A stretch of DNA of 64,000 nucleotides from Podarcis muralis (Eukaryota). Below the pieces are notes generated by a model. The model was not told where the DNA came from. It saw nothing but the letters and a program-made list of their open reading frames with translations, and did no database searches. Made by a program: the position numbers and the translations under genes. Below are positions 1 to 12,130 of the stretch, in pieces (within the stretch, counting starts at the first letter, position 1; each line of letters starts with the position of its first letter). The stretch lies in the NCBI RefSeq assembly GCF_964188315.1, contig NC_135666.1, positions 2,604,001-2,668,000 of the forward strand, read 5' to 3'.

Positions 1-11
1 GCCCTCGCTTC
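1..11 (-). other. Start of an exon of an unidentified minus-strand gene (runs off the left edge)
   Basis: Minus strand reads cttccttgtgctttctctctttcttctctctgcctccag|GAAGCGAGGGC: a long polypyrimidine tract with AG at 13-12. Confidence 0.5.
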
Positions 12-117
12 CTGGAGGCAGAGAGAAGAAAGAGAGAAAGCACAAGGAAGTTATTTCATTTTAATTTCTTCCCATATTTCATTTCACTTTTAATCTGCAT
101 GCCACCTTTCTCTAGTA

Positions 118-332
118 CAGTGGTACCTCGGGTTATATACGCTTCAGGTTACAGACTCCACTAACCCCGAAATATTACCTTGGGTTAAGAACTTTGCTTC
201 AGGATGAGAACAGAAATCGTGCGGCGGCAGTGGGAGGCCCCATTAGCTAAAGTGGTGCTTCAGGTTAAGAACAGTTTCAGGTTAAGAACGGACCTCCGGA
301 ATGAATTAAGTACTTAACCCAAGGTACCAATG
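118..332. mobile_element. Tigger/pogo-like (Tc1-mariner) MITE
   Basis: TA|cagtggtacctcgggtt...aaggtaccaatg|TA terminal inverted repeats with TA duplication; same family at 24793 and 35982. Confidence 0.85.
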
Positions 333-334
333 TA

Positions 335-546
335 CAGTGGTACCTCAGTTCCCAAGCGCCTGTTGTCGTACATTTCTGTTCTCAAACGCTGAAAATCCGG
401 AAGTAAATGCTTCCATTTTCAAACGTTTTTTGGAACCCGAACGTGCGACGTGGCTTCCACCGAGTGCAAGAAGCTCAGTTTTCGAGCGTTTCAGAGGCCG
501 AATGGGCTTCCGGAACGGATTCTGTTCAAGAACCGAGGGACCACTG
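335..546. mobile_element. Second Tigger-like MITE (different subfamily) abutting the first
   Basis: TA|cagtggtacctc...gagggaccactg|TA; shares the TA at 333-334 with the neighbour. Confidence 0.75.
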
Positions 547-1234
547 TATTACACGCAAGGCGGTTCACAAGCTGCAGAAACAACAATGATCGCACGCCTT
601 ATAACAATCTGGCCCGATACAAAAAGTAATAGAAAACATAACTTTTTAAAAAAAAACAGCTTATGTCAAATAAAATAATATTCAATAATCAATTAAGAGT
701 AGAATAGTACACAATAAACTTAAACATCTGCAAATAATATTTAAACAGAAATTCACTCTCAATAAAAACAGCAAGTCTCAGTGCATAAAATAACACAATA
801 CAAATTGAGAAGCAAAGACACACAAAATTGTGGCTTTTTAAAAAAAACATCCGTGAGCTCCTCTCTTTGCAGCTGCTTCTGCTGTTCCTCAAGTCATGGC
901 CTGGAAAAGGCTCTCAGGGCTAGAGGGTGGGGGCAAAGAGGTGGAAAAAACCACTGCCTGGTGAAGAACAGAAAGTCTCTCTCCCCTCACCATATGATTT
1001 TGATTGATGTTTTAAAAGTCTGAGAAAAGGCACCAGGAAAAGAATAACTACAGTAATGCAGGCGTCAAGGCAGTTATGAAACATGAGCGCAGCAGAATAG
1101 TTCCATAGAATGGTGGGGCTAGAAGGGGTCCCCCCAAGGACATCTAGCTCAACCCCCTGAAATGGAGGAATCGCAGGTGAAAATTCCCTGGCAGACAGCC
1201 AACTTCTGCTTCAAAACCTCCAATGAATCATAGA

Positions 1235-1370
1235 ATGGTAGATTCAGGCAGGTGGCCGTGTTGGTCTGACGCAGTCGAAATAAATAAAAAAGATTGTCCA
1301 ATAGCACCTTAGAGACCAACTAAGTTTGTTCTGGGTCTAAGCTTTCGTGTGCATGCGCACTTCTTCAGTG
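1235..1370 (-). mobile_element. Penelope-like element remnant with degenerate hammerhead core
   Basis: Minus strand ctgaagaagtgcgcatgcacacgaaagcttaga...ggtgcta...cagaccaacacggccacc, similar to the 6001, 50336 and 54795 copies; helix I pairing is lost. Confidence 0.6.
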
Positions 1371-2199
1371 TGTATCGGTGCTGCTGCAGAGCTCCAGTCC
1401 AAAATAGCCGAAAGGGACTGACAGCTGACAAAACCTCTCCAGGCGTGGTCAGGGGTCGAGACACCCGCAGGCCCACCCCAGCCCGCATTTTCCCAGCTCA
1501 CCCAAAACCTCCCCTAAATGTTAATTACAGGGGGCACGCTAACAATTAATTTTAATTTTTATATTTAAATCCTTGTTATTGTCATACTGTTCCTTGTATT
1601 TCTGATATTTTTTATGATCTGTGATATTGTGTGTGTTGAAGCTGGTCTGTGACCGTATTAATAAATTCATTCATTCATTCATTCATTCACCCAAAACCTG
1701 GATTTTGGGGGGCAAAGTAAACAGGATAATGTCGAACGCAAACGAGTCCAGTTGCAGGATGTCTGGGCTAGGTCCTAGCCTCCAGATCAGGAGAAAACCA
1801 GCTTGTTTCATCACACACACCGCATCTCCACATAGTGCCAGGAACACACACATTCCAAAAGACTCGGAGAGCTTCTGCCAGTCAGAGCATGCAACACTCA
1901 CCACGTGGTCTGACTCGGCACAAGGTGCCAGCTTCCTAAATCCCAGCAGCTGCACCTTCAAGGGACCCCTGGCCCCCACCCCACCCCCGGCACCCGAGGC
2001 TTGGTCAACGCTCCTTTTCCCCGGGCGGAAGGCAGACCTCGCAGGGAGGGCGCTGCCTGCAGGGAAAATTGTGCCAAAAGCCGCAGGGCTTTTGCAGAAC
2101 CAGCTCAAAGTCAGAGAGCGCCAAAGCTCCCTCCTTATAAGAAATCATGATTATATTTTTAGATATTTATGCGCACACACCTGCCCAGACAAGACTCCT

Positions 2200-3560
2200 C
2201 CAGCTTCCACACAACCTGTCCTCCTTCCTTTTTCCCAAGGGGGGGGGGGATAAGTGTGATGACGTCAGCCAAATCACAGCCTCACCTTAAGTCCAGGGAG
2301 GGGGGAGAAGAAACTGCAAGTCCCAGAATGCAACCGGGCAGCTCTACCTGTGCGGCTGGATTTGCAGCCAGGCCTCCGTGGGGCCTGCAGCCTGTGGGGC
2401 TTTTGGGGGGGTTTTGCAAGGGCTGTGGAAGATTCCTGCCGGCCTTGCGCCTTCTCCAAGGCTTTGCACAGCGGGTCCTGCTTTTGCCAGTTGCAGATGC
2501 ACCACCAAAAAATAGGGGGGGTGCCCAAATGCACACCGTGCAAGAAACAAATCCGCCCCCGGGTTCCGATTGATTGATTGATTGATTGATTGGCAAAATC
2601 GGGGGGAATTGGGGCCCCCTCGCCTGCGCGCCCAAGGCGGAGCAAAAGGGCCCCTTGCCAGGGCCAAGGTGGCGCGGCGAGCCGGTGGCAGAGGCGCCCG
2701 CTGCTTGCTGCTGCTGCCGTCCTCCGCGCGAGGCTGGAGACTGGGCGGAGGCCGGATTGCAGCGAGGCGCGGGCCGCGGGGAAGGGAAGGAAGCGTCGCC
2801 GGCCGGCCACGTGCGCCCGGAGAGGAGGCAGCCCAGGCCCGAAAGGAAGAAAGGGAGGAGGAGGAGGAGGGGAGGCAGCCTGGGAAGAGGAAAACTGGGG
2901 GGGGTCCACTGCTTCTATCCAACACCCCCCCCCCAAAAAAAATAGGCTCGCTCCGGATCGCCTCCCCCACGCTCCGTTCACACGGCAGCTGCGAGGAGGG
3001 GGGAAATGGGGTGCAAAGGGGTGAGAGAGGAAAGAGGGGGCGACCCCTCCGTGTCCCCCCCTAGCGATGCCTCACCGTGCCCGGGCTGCTGCTGCTGCTT
3101 CTCTCCGGCCGCCCCGATCCCCCGCATTGGCCGCCGCTGCTGCTGCTCCTCCGCTTTGCACGAGGCACTGCAGGCAGGATCCGGCCCGCAGGGGAGGGGA
3201 GGGCCGGCGCTGCCTCCCTTCCTCGCCCGCTCGCCTTTTATTTGCTGCAACAACGTACCTTTTGCAGCAGCGGCAGCAGCTCCGCGCTCCTCCTCGGCTT
3301 CTCCCAGCAACGGCCCCGCCGCGCGAGGTTGCTTGCAAGACATCCCAGGCAGGCAGGCGGCGGCGGCAGCAGCAACTGCAACCGCAGCCTCGGGGAGGTG
3401 CCACTTCCTGCAGCTGCGGGAGAAGCCGCGGCGGCTTCTGGCAAGAGCTCTGCCCTCCCCGCGCCGCTTTCCTCTGCTGCGCTGCGCCCGAGATGCCTGA
3501 CGCCCAGTCGCGGTGCCAGTAGAGCTCAGTGGTGCCACACGGACCGGCAGCAGCAGCGGC
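2200..3560 (-). promoter_or_regulatory. CpG island / promoter and candidate non-coding 5' exons of an unidentified minus-strand gene
   Basis: Very CpG-rich. Minus-strand donors AG|GTACGT (exon end 3259), AG|GTGAGG (2286) and G|GTGAGT (1902). Perfect CRE TGACGTCA at 2260-2267. No recognisable protein ORF. Confidence 0.55.
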
Positions 3561-3924
3561 TCGCCAAGGGTTGGGCCATCAGCTCTGCCCCAGTCCCCTA
3601 AATATTCTAGTCCTCATGATCCCGAAGAAAGGGTTGAGCTATTAAGGCTTTGCATCAAGTCAGAACCACTGGCCTAGCCTACCAGGAGATGCTGAGGTTT
3701 GCACCTTCTGCTTGCAAGGCTCCACCACTGAGTTACGGCCCAGGAGCCCCCCCCCCCCAAGGAACTGGGGGTGTCCACAATGCCCCACAAGCCTATAGGA
3801 TTGTAGCCTTGGAAGGGGCACCCCAAACGTCTATCCCACCCACCCGCTGCAGTGCCATATTGAGGCTTTGTAGGATAAAGCGATCTGCAAGTCAGAGCCA
3901 GGCAGTGTGGGGTAAGGGTTAGAG

Positions 3925-4177
3925 CAGGGGTCAGCAACCTTTTTCAGCCGTGGGCCAGGCCATTGTCCCTCAGACCTTGTGGGGGCTGGACTATATTTTT
4001 TTGGGGGGTGGGAATGAATGAATTCCTCTGCCCCACAAATAACCCAGAGATGCATTTTAAATATAAGGACACATTCTACTCATGTAAAAACACGCTGCTT
4101 CCCAGACCGTCTGTGGGCCGGATTGAGGAGGTGATTTGGCCGCATCCGGCCCTTGGGCCTTAGGTTGCCTACCCCTG
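3925..4177. mobile_element. hAT/Charlie-like MITE
   Basis: caggggtcagcaacc...ggttgcctacccctg termini with similar 8-bp flanks (ggttagag / gtttggag). Confidence 0.75.
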
Positions 4178-5031
4178 GTTTGGAGTGTTGGACTAGGACG
4201 TGGCAGGGACCAGGGTTCGAATCCCCAGCTGGCCACGAAGCTCGCTGGGTGGCCTTGGGCTACAGCCGCTTCCTCTCCAGCGAAGCCTGTGTTTTGTTTA
4301 AGGCTTCAAATCCGAGCAGAAACCTTCCTGTGTGCGACTAGGCGAAGTGTTTTGTCCTTGTCCTTGACACAAGGGAGCAGATTCGGCACACCGCCCCCCT
4401 CCCTGCCATCTGCAGGCTCTGCCAGGGTGCAGCGCCGTCACGTGTGCCAGGGCTGCTGATCCGAAGCCTTGGCTCTGGGGAGGGTGGCCTTGGCAAGCGG
4501 GAGAAGGACTGGGCCCCTCGCTCAGGGTGATGCAAGAAGCAGAGGGAAAACAGCATCTTCCCAGCAGCATTTCGCCAACGACCTCGCTCCTTCTCCAGGC
4601 AGACAAAATAAAGTCTTTGTCTGCCTGTTTGTTGCATTTATTTCTCACTGTTCCCCTCGCTGTGGCTTATCTGCTTCTCCCTACTCCTCCTTTAATTCCC
4701 ATAAGGACACCGTGAGGTCGGTGGGGCCGAGAGAAGGGCAGAGACTGGCCCCCGGGGTCACCACTGAGTGGGTGGGGGGCCATCTGTCATGGGTGCTTTA
4801 GCTGAGATGCCTGCATTGTACGGGGGTTGGACTAGATGACTCATGGGGTCCCTTCCAACTCTAGGATTCTAGAATCCTTCGATTTGTGGGAAGGGGGGGG
4901 TTAGGCTGAATGGGGTGTTAGGGGAGGGGTCGTACCTCTGGGTCATGCTCCTTCTGGGATGGTGGCTCCCAGATGCTCTGTGCATGAGACAGCGGCCCAT
5001 CCCAGGAATGGCTTCGACTGGCTGGCTAGAC

Positions 5032-5167
5032 CAGGCATAGGCCAACTCGGCCCTCCAGGTGTTTTGGGACTACAACTCCCATCATCCCTAGCTAACAGGA
5101 CCACTGGTGAGGGATGATGGGAGTTGTAGTCTCAAAACATCTGGAGGGCTGAGTTGGCCTATGCCAG
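5032..5167. mobile_element. Palindromic hAT-type MITE with perfect 8-bp TSD
   Basis: Near-perfect hairpin caggcataggccaactc...gagttggcctatgccag flanked by ggctagac at 5024-5031 and 5168-5175. Confidence 0.85.
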
Positions 5168-5319
5168 GGCTAGACCAAGTGAGGGTAGCCAAGGGGTCTT
5201 AAAGCCTCAGTGAGTTAGGGGCTTTCCCTGTCTGTGAAGGCAGACTCCGGCGGACGGCGTGGACGAGGCCAAGCGTGGGTCCAACAGTCAAGAAGGCGGT
5301 TTCTGCACTTGTTGTAGAC

Positions 5320-5456
5320 GTGGGCATGGCCAATCTTGCCCCTCCAGATGTTTTGGGACAACAATTCCCATCACCCCTGACCACTGGTCCTGTTAGCTAG
5401 GGATGATGGGAGTTCTAGTCCCAAAACATCTGGAGGGCCGAGTTTGGCCATGCCTG
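5320..5456. mobile_element. Palindromic hAT-type MITE
   Basis: Same family as 5032-5167 (ccctccagatgttttgggac...gtcccaaaacatctggagggc). Confidence 0.75.
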
Positions 5457-6000
5457 TGTAGAGGGAAGGGAGCCCAACTAGGAGAAGGAGAAACCTCTGC
5501 TGCCTTGTGGGACACCTTTAGGAGAGGGAAAAAGAGTAAACCATACACAAATCTGGACTCCCAAGATGGTGGGATGACGCCTTGTACGCCTCCTTCCGGC
5601 AATTTCCGCAGCCAAGCTGGTTCCAAACATCTTGCTCTGCTTTCCTTTGGACCCCATCAGCGAGGCCAAGAGGGGGGTCTTGTTGTCTGGGCAGCCCAGG
5701 ACCTCCAGACACACTGCCCAGGCCTGCACCCCTGAGAGGTCACCTCCAGGCTGCTAATGCAGCAATCTGACTTCACCCCTGGAGGCGCACTCCATTGTCT
5801 CTGGAGACAGGAATGCCAAACACTCCCCCTTCTGACTTCCCCTTCTCATTCCTGGACCCAGTTGCTGGGATGGGCAGGCCAGGCTGCTAATGGCCTTCTA
5901 AGTACTTAAGTCCTTAAGGAAACAAAGAGTGCAGCTCTGTGCCAGAGGGCAAACAGGTGGGCTCCCTTTCTGGGTTAGTTAGAAAGACAAAAGGGAAGAG

Positions 6001-6215
6001 AAAAAAAAAAAATCCTTCCAGTAGCACCTTAAAGACCAACTAAGTTAGTTCTTGGTATGAGCTTTCGTGTGCATGCACACTTCTTCAGATACACAGAAGT
6101 GTGCATGCACACGAAAGCTCATACCAAGAACTAACTTAGTTGGTCTTTAAGGTGCTACTGGAAGGATTTTTTTTTTTGTTTTGACTATGGCAGACCAACA
6201 CGGCTACCTATCTGT
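6001..6215. mobile_element. Penelope-like retroelement remnant, inverted arm pair
   Basis: Two inverted arms of gtagcaccttaaagaccaactaagttagttcttggtatgagctttcgtgtgcatgcacac; the plus arm is 5'-truncated and carries the tail gactatggcagaccaacacggctacc. Confidence 0.75.
6055..6092 (-). ncRNA. Minimal type I hammerhead ribozyme motif (Penelope-type)
   Basis: GUAU-CUGAAGA-A-GUGUGCAUGCACAC-GAAA-GCUC-AUAC: conserved core, palindromic helix II, palindromic AGCU mini helix III, GUAU/AUAC helix I. Confidence 0.7.
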
Positions 6216-6859
6216 AAAAGGGAAGAGTTGAGAGTTGAACTGTGAGCTAGAAGCTGGAGGCCGGAAAGGCAGAGAAAAAGCCATGCCTGATTTCTGCTGA
6301 TTTCCAAGGCTGTGGCCATGGGAGAAGCAAGGCCTTCTTGGGGTGTTAATTCTGTGAACCCCTCCATCGTAGGCTCAGGTTGTGTATATGCGTATACTAT
6401 AAATCTTAGAAACACCACATTCTCCCCTATCCCTCATTCCCAAAAGGAAACACAAACCGTGGGGGAGTCCCGGGAACCCCTGGAATCTTCCACCGCTCAG
6501 AGATTGGTGTGTAAGGAGAGCCTGCAGGATCAGGCCAAAGGGGGCCCAATCTTGTCCAGCATCCTGTTCTCACAGTGGCCAACCAGATGCCCGTGCGAAA
6601 CCCGTGAGCAGGATTCAAGCGCAAGAGCAGCACCCTCCCCTTCCCGTGGTTTCCAGCAACTGGGATTCAAAAGTATTGCTGCCTCCGACCGTGGAAGCAG
6701 GGTAGAGCCATCGTAGAGAGTAGCCATCAACAGCCCTCTCCTCCTCCATGAATTTGCCTAATCCTGTGGGAGGGAGTTCCGCAGTTTAACGATGCACCAG
6801 CCTCATTGGGCTTCATGCATTGGTCTGTGATAAGAATTTTAAAGTCTTAGATATATAAT

Positions 6860-7008
6860 GTTGTTGTCGTTTAGTCGTTTAGTCGTGTCCGACTCTTCGT
6901 GACCCCATGGACCAGAGCACGCCAGGCACTCCTGTCTTCCACTGCCCCCCACAGTTTGGTCAGGCTCATGTTTGTAGCTTCGAGAACACTGTCCAACCAT
7001 CTCGTCCT
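6860..7008 (-). mobile_element. Bov-B (RTE) LINE 3' fragment
   Basis: gttgttgtcgtttagtcgtttagtcgtgtccgactcttcgtgaccccatggac matches the Bov-B/Bov-A 3' end as I recall it, with short-repeat tail. Confidence 0.75.
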
Positions 7009-7179
7009 ATATATATATATAATAAATGTTCATAAATGTACCAACCAAGCACGTACATAGATCAGCTCAGGAAGACTGACCTGAAACCATTTTTGATTCC
7101 CAAACTGACCAAATGTTTTCTTTGCAAGGTCAAAGGGAAATGGAAAATCCTCCCCATTGTCTTTTCCTTCACAAATCCT

Positions 7180-7630
7180 GTCTTAAGGGTATGTCTGTGT
7201 ATGAATAGGGTGAGCCTGTGAACTGGCTCAGGAACTAAGTATTTATCATTACAAAAGACTGGCCAGGCTCCCCAGGGTATCCAGTCAAGTGAGCATTAAC
7301 AGGTAATCTGTCAGATGAGATAAACAACGCACTCAGATTTCTGCTGTAGACCGCCTTTTCTGTGATGTAGGTATGATGTATGGAGGGGTGGGCTTGAGCT
7401 CCAGGGGAGGGAATTTAAAATGTCTATATAAGGGCTTGCACGCCATTGTTCGAGGTCCTCCTCCTTTCCTGCGTGTGAGGGGAGCACCCTGTTGCAACAG
7501 ATCAACAAAGATCAGGCTTACTAGCTGCTTTGAGTCTCAATATTCTCTGCTTGGCCTGTTATTTTCTCCTACCGATAGGGAACCTACATAAGGACTCTAT
7601 ATGGGCTCTTGGACACCCCATAAGGGAACA
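7180..7630 (+). mobile_element. Possible solo LTR
   Basis: TATA-like tatataag near 7425, then a polyA-like caacaaagatcagg and U5-like segment ending in aca; no convincing TSD found. Confidence 0.35.
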
Positions 7631-8218
7631 AGGGCAGATGTTTGTTTACAACAGGTCCAAGCCCTTTTCCACACTGCTCAGGCTGGCAGCCAACGCTGCC
7701 TTGCTGTGAGTTGTTCCCAAGAGACCGGCTGCCGATATTTCACAAGGTTTTCTTAATTCCCTACTAATTGGGATTCTCACGGAGGCAGCGTTGGCCAACC
7801 TGTTGCCCTTCAGCAGTTTTGGGATACAGCTCCCAAACGCCCCACCCCCCCCCAGCCGTGGGAAAGAGGAAGGCACTGCCTGAGCCTGTGGCAACAGGAG
7901 ATCTGGGCTGGAAACACACTGGCGGGCGAAAATCAACGGTGGAGATTAAAAATGTGCAGGAAAGGGCAAGCCAGAGGATTAAGGAGCAGCTCCCCAGTGA
8001 AGAAAGGCTGGAACATTTTGAGAGTTTAACAAATAGAGAGGAAGCCAGGAACTGCCAGTGCTCCTTCCCTGAGTCACATCCCTTCTCCTAAAGCCATTAC
8101 AGGTCAGGAAGGAGCCAGGGGGTCTTCCCTGGCCCCCATTGCCCCTGCAGTGAGGCCAGCTCCCACCCAGTGAAGCAGTGTTGGCCTTACCCTTCAGCCC
8201 ATAAGAATGTGAGTCTTG

Positions 8219-8367
8219 AGCCTGATAGCTCCATTGGTTGGAGCGCTGTGCTGAGAAGGCCAAGGTTGCAGGTTCGATCCCCATATGGGGCAGCTGCATA
8301 TTCCTACATGGCAGGGGGGTTGGACTAGATGACCCTGGGGGTCCCTTCCAACTCTACGATTCTATGA
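8219..8367 (+). mobile_element. tRNA-headed SINE with CR1-type tail
   Basis: A-box tagctccattgg, B-box ggttcgatccc, then gggttggactagatgaccctggggtcccttccaactctacgattctatga. Confidence 0.75.
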
Positions 8368-9478
8368 AGAACCTCTTGGATCAATGGCCCATTGAGTCCA
8401 GCATCCTCTTTTCACAGTGACTGACCAGGTGCCCATTAGGGGAAACCTGTAAATAGGATGCGAGCACCAGAGCATCTCTCCCCACCTGTGGCTTCCAGAA
8501 ACTGGTACCCAGAAGTGTTTGCTGCCTCCGAGGGGGGAGGGCCCAGCAGAGCCATCATTCTGGCCGGGTTACCTGCTGGAGGGTTATTTGTCCACCTCCA
8601 GGACACTCTCCTATGCTGGGAATCCCACAGGGCAAAGCATCTGATACCCCACCAGGTGATTCTTCCTCCTCCTCCTCCTGCTCACCTTCCTCCATTTCGT
8701 GGGGCCTGGATCCCTCATCCCCCGGGGGCCCAGGGACTGCAGCGGCAGCTCTCAGGCGGAGCTGACTTGCTTGCCAACCGATTTACGCTCAGAATTTGGA
8801 ACTTGCCTTCCAGGCCAGAGCCAATGCCCAGGGCTCTTCACACAGATTTATAAACGACACTGATTTATAAAGTCCTCACTGCAACCGAGGATTTATTAAA
8901 ATATGCAAAGGATGCCATCCATTAGCATATGCAATGCAGGTTTTGAAAGACTGTGTTTGTCCTGCAGAAGTTATTATCCGCCCTCCCTTCCCCACAGGTG
9001 GGCGGGGTTTGCGGCACAAAGCGGGACTCACCTGGGCAGGTGCCACCCACCTGCTTGAGCCGGCCTTTGACCCGCCCTCGGCCAGGGAGGACAATGGACA
9101 GCCGGCCAAGAAAAGAGGCTGACTCCGTTGGCCAAGCATCTTTTGCTGTTCTTCCTTCCAGGATCACCCACCCCCCTCCCTCAAATTAATAATTTCTTGC
9201 CTCCATAATTTCATCCTAGGTCAGCGGTCTTCAAGTTAATGATTCTTTCCTTACAGGCTAATATTTTGCAATCAAGGTCAGCGGGCGCTGCTGCGGTCGT
9301 AAAATGGTTGCTGTATTCAGAACCGGGAAGGAATTTCCCCCGCATTGTCAGGTTTCGCCTTATCACAACTTTGGCAGTTTAGGCCTTGACAAGGTATCCT
9401 TTAGTCCAACATCAAGTTGGGGGGGATGCATTTATGCTCCCCCCCCCCCATGCGGTGGCGCTTGCAGGGCCCGTTAAA

Positions 9479-11231
9479 TAATAATAATAATAATAATTTA
9501 TTATTTATACCCCGCCCATCTGGCTGGGTTTCCCCAGCCACTCTGGGCGGCTTCCAACTGAATATTAAAAACAGTACAGCATCAAACATTAAAAACTTCC
9601 CTAAAGAGGGCTGCCTTCAGATGACTTTTAAAAGTAAAATAGTTGTTTATTGCTTTGACATCTGCTGGGAGGGCGTTCCACAGGGCAGGAGCCACTACCG
9701 AGAAGGCCCTCTGCCTGGTTCCCTGTAACCTTACTTCTCGCAATGAGGGAACTGCCAGAAGGCCCTCGGCGCTGGACCTCAGTGTCCAGGCAGAACGATG
9801 GGGGTGGAGACGCTCCTTCAGGTATACTGGACCGAGGCCGTTTAGGGCTTTAAAGGTCAGCACCAACACTTTGAATTGTGCTCGGAAACGTACTGGGAGC
9901 CAATGCAGATCTCTCAGAACTGGTGTTATGTGGTCCCAGCGGCCACTCCCAGTCACCAGTCTAGCGACCGCATTCTGGATTAATTGCAGTTTCCGGGTCA
10001 CCTTCAAAGGTAGCCCCACGTAGAGCGCGTTGCAGTAGTCCAAGCGGGAGATAACTAGAGCATGCACCACTCTGGCAAGACAGTCTGCGGGCAGGTAGGG
10101 TCTTAGCCTGCGTACCAGGTGGAGCTGGTAAACAGCTGCCCTGGACACAGATTTGACCTGTGCCTCCATGGACAGCTGTGAGTCCAAAATGACTCCCAGG
10201 CTGCGCACCTGGTCCTTCAGGGGCACAGTTACCCCATTCAGGACCAGGGAATCCTCCACACCTGCCCGCCCCCTGTCCCCCAAAAACAGTACTTCTGTCT
10301 TGTCAGGATTCAGCCTCAATCTGTTAGCCGCCATCCAGCCTCCAACCACCTCCATGCACTCACACAGGACCTTCACCGCCTTCACTGGTTCTGATTTAAA
10401 GGAGAGGTAGAGCTGGGTGTCATCCGCATACTGATGAACACCCAGCCCAAACCCCCTGATGATCTCTCCCAGCGGCTTCATATAGATATTAAAAAGCATG
10501 GGGGAGAGGACAGAACCCTGAGGCACCCCACAAGTGAGAGCCCAGGGGTCTGAACACTCATCCCCCACCACCACTTTCTGGACACGGCCCAGGAGAAAGG
10601 AGCGGAACCACCGTATAACAGTGCCCCCAGCTCCCAGCCCCTCTAGACGGTCCAGAAGGATGTTATGGTCGATGGTGTCAAAGGCCGCTGAGAGATCCAG
10701 CAGAACTAGGAAACAGCTCTCACCTTTGTCCCTAGCCCGCCGGAGATCATCAACCAGCGCGACCAAGGCAGTTTCAGTCCCATGGTGAGGCCTGAATCCC
10801 GATTGGAAGGGATCCAAATGGTCCGCATCCTCCAGGCGTGCTTGGAGTTGTCTGGCAACCACCCGCTCAATCACCTTGCCCAAGAATGGTAAATTTGAGA
10901 CTGGGCGATAGTTGGCCAAATTGGCTGGGTCTAAAGATGTTTTTTTAAGAAGCGGTTTAATGACCGCCTCTTTCAGCGGGTCTGGGAAGGCTCCCTCATA
11001 GAGGGAAGCATTCACCACCCCGCAGAGCCCATCGCCCAGCCCTTCCCGGCTCGCTTTTATCAGCCAGGATGGGCAAGGATCCAGGAGACAGGTGGTCGGT
11101 TTCACTTGTCCAAGCAGCCTGTCCACATCCTCGGAGGTAACAGATTGGAATTGATCCCATGTAACAGGACCAGACAGAACTCTAGCACTCTCCCACCCTG
11201 GCCCTGCTCCCACGGTGGAGTCTACCTCCTT
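9479..11231 (-). mobile_element. 5'-truncated L2-clade LINE with uninterrupted reverse-transcriptase ORF (9582-11213, 543 aa) and (TTA)n tail
   Basis: LDLSAAFDT, GVPQGSVLSP, QYADDTQLY, NPDKTEVL and LHWLPV motifs; 3' UTR and TTA tail at 9479-9500; candidate 7-bp TSD cgttaaa (9472-9478, 11232-11238). Confidence 0.95.
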
Positions 11232-11602
11232 CGTTAAAGGGCAAAACCAGGAGTCCCTGGCCCTAGAGCGGCGGCATGTAGGTCAAACTCCCCGGACGAG
11301 GTCGGTGGAAGGGCAGGCTGTCTAAGTTTGCGCTTTGCAGTCCCCTCTCACTGGACCTCATCTGCCTGCACATCCTCAGCCAGGCGGACTGAGAGGGTTG
11401 GCCTGCCAAGGCCTGTGCCAAGTTTCCCAAGTCTGAAGCTCAATAAAGTTGTGGCCAATTTGAACCCATACTCTGGTCTCTTGTCTCATCATTTGGGGTA
11501 AAGGGGGTGGACACCACAGACAGGGTTTAGCGCATGTGTCCGCAAGCAGGGTTTACTACCTCTTGACATTATTATTTTTTTTAAATCCCTCTTTCTCCTA
11601 CA

Positions 11603-11739
11603 CAGGCATAGGCAAACTTGGCCCTCCAGCTGTTTTGGGACTACAACTCCCATCATCCCTAGCTAATAGGACCAGTGGTCAGGGATGATGGGAACTGTAG
11701 TCCCAAAACAGCTGGAGGGCCAAGTTTGCCTATGCCTGG
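11603..11739. mobile_element. Palindromic hAT-type MITE
   Basis: caggcataggcaaacttggccc...gggccaagtttgcctatgcctg perfect inverted termini. Confidence 0.8.
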
Positions 11740-11913
11740 TCTTCCAGTTGATTGCAACCATCTCAATCACTTACTTTAAAAATATTTTGCAGATAATTTT
11801 TATGTTTCTCTCTTCCCTCCCTCCCCGGCTACCTGCCCGCTAACTGCTTTCAGGGTTTTATTCCAATGAGGCAGGTTTTTCATTTTGTTCAGTAAATAAG
11901 TGTCTATTTGAGA

Positions 11914-12130
11914 GGCAGGGTGGTGTAGTGGCTAGAGTGCCAGGCTGTGACCTGGGAGGGACCCGGGTACGAATCCCCACTCGGCCAGAAAGCTCGCTGG
12001 GTGGGACTTTAGGGGCCAGCCACTTCCTCTCAACCTCTTGCCTCCCTTGCAGGGTTGTTAAATGAGGCCATGGAGAACCATGTGGACCATGTTGAGTTCC
12101 TTGGAGAAAAACGGTGGCCTATAAATGCAA
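11914..12130 (+). mobile_element. Old tRNA/core (MIR-like) SINE
   Basis: ggtggtgtagtggctagagtg A-box, gggtacgaatcccc B-box, agctcgctgggtg core; similar copies near 4180-4290 and 40430-40640. Confidence 0.6.

Noticed and set aside
2274-3601. Many overlapping 100-235 aa ORFs on both strands
   Set aside because: Stop-poor CpG island; low-complexity Ala/Arg/Gly/Pro translations without recognisable motifs.
8219-8290. Possible tRNA gene
   Set aside because: A and B boxes are present but the acceptor stem is poor and it runs into a CR1-type tail, so it is a SINE head.
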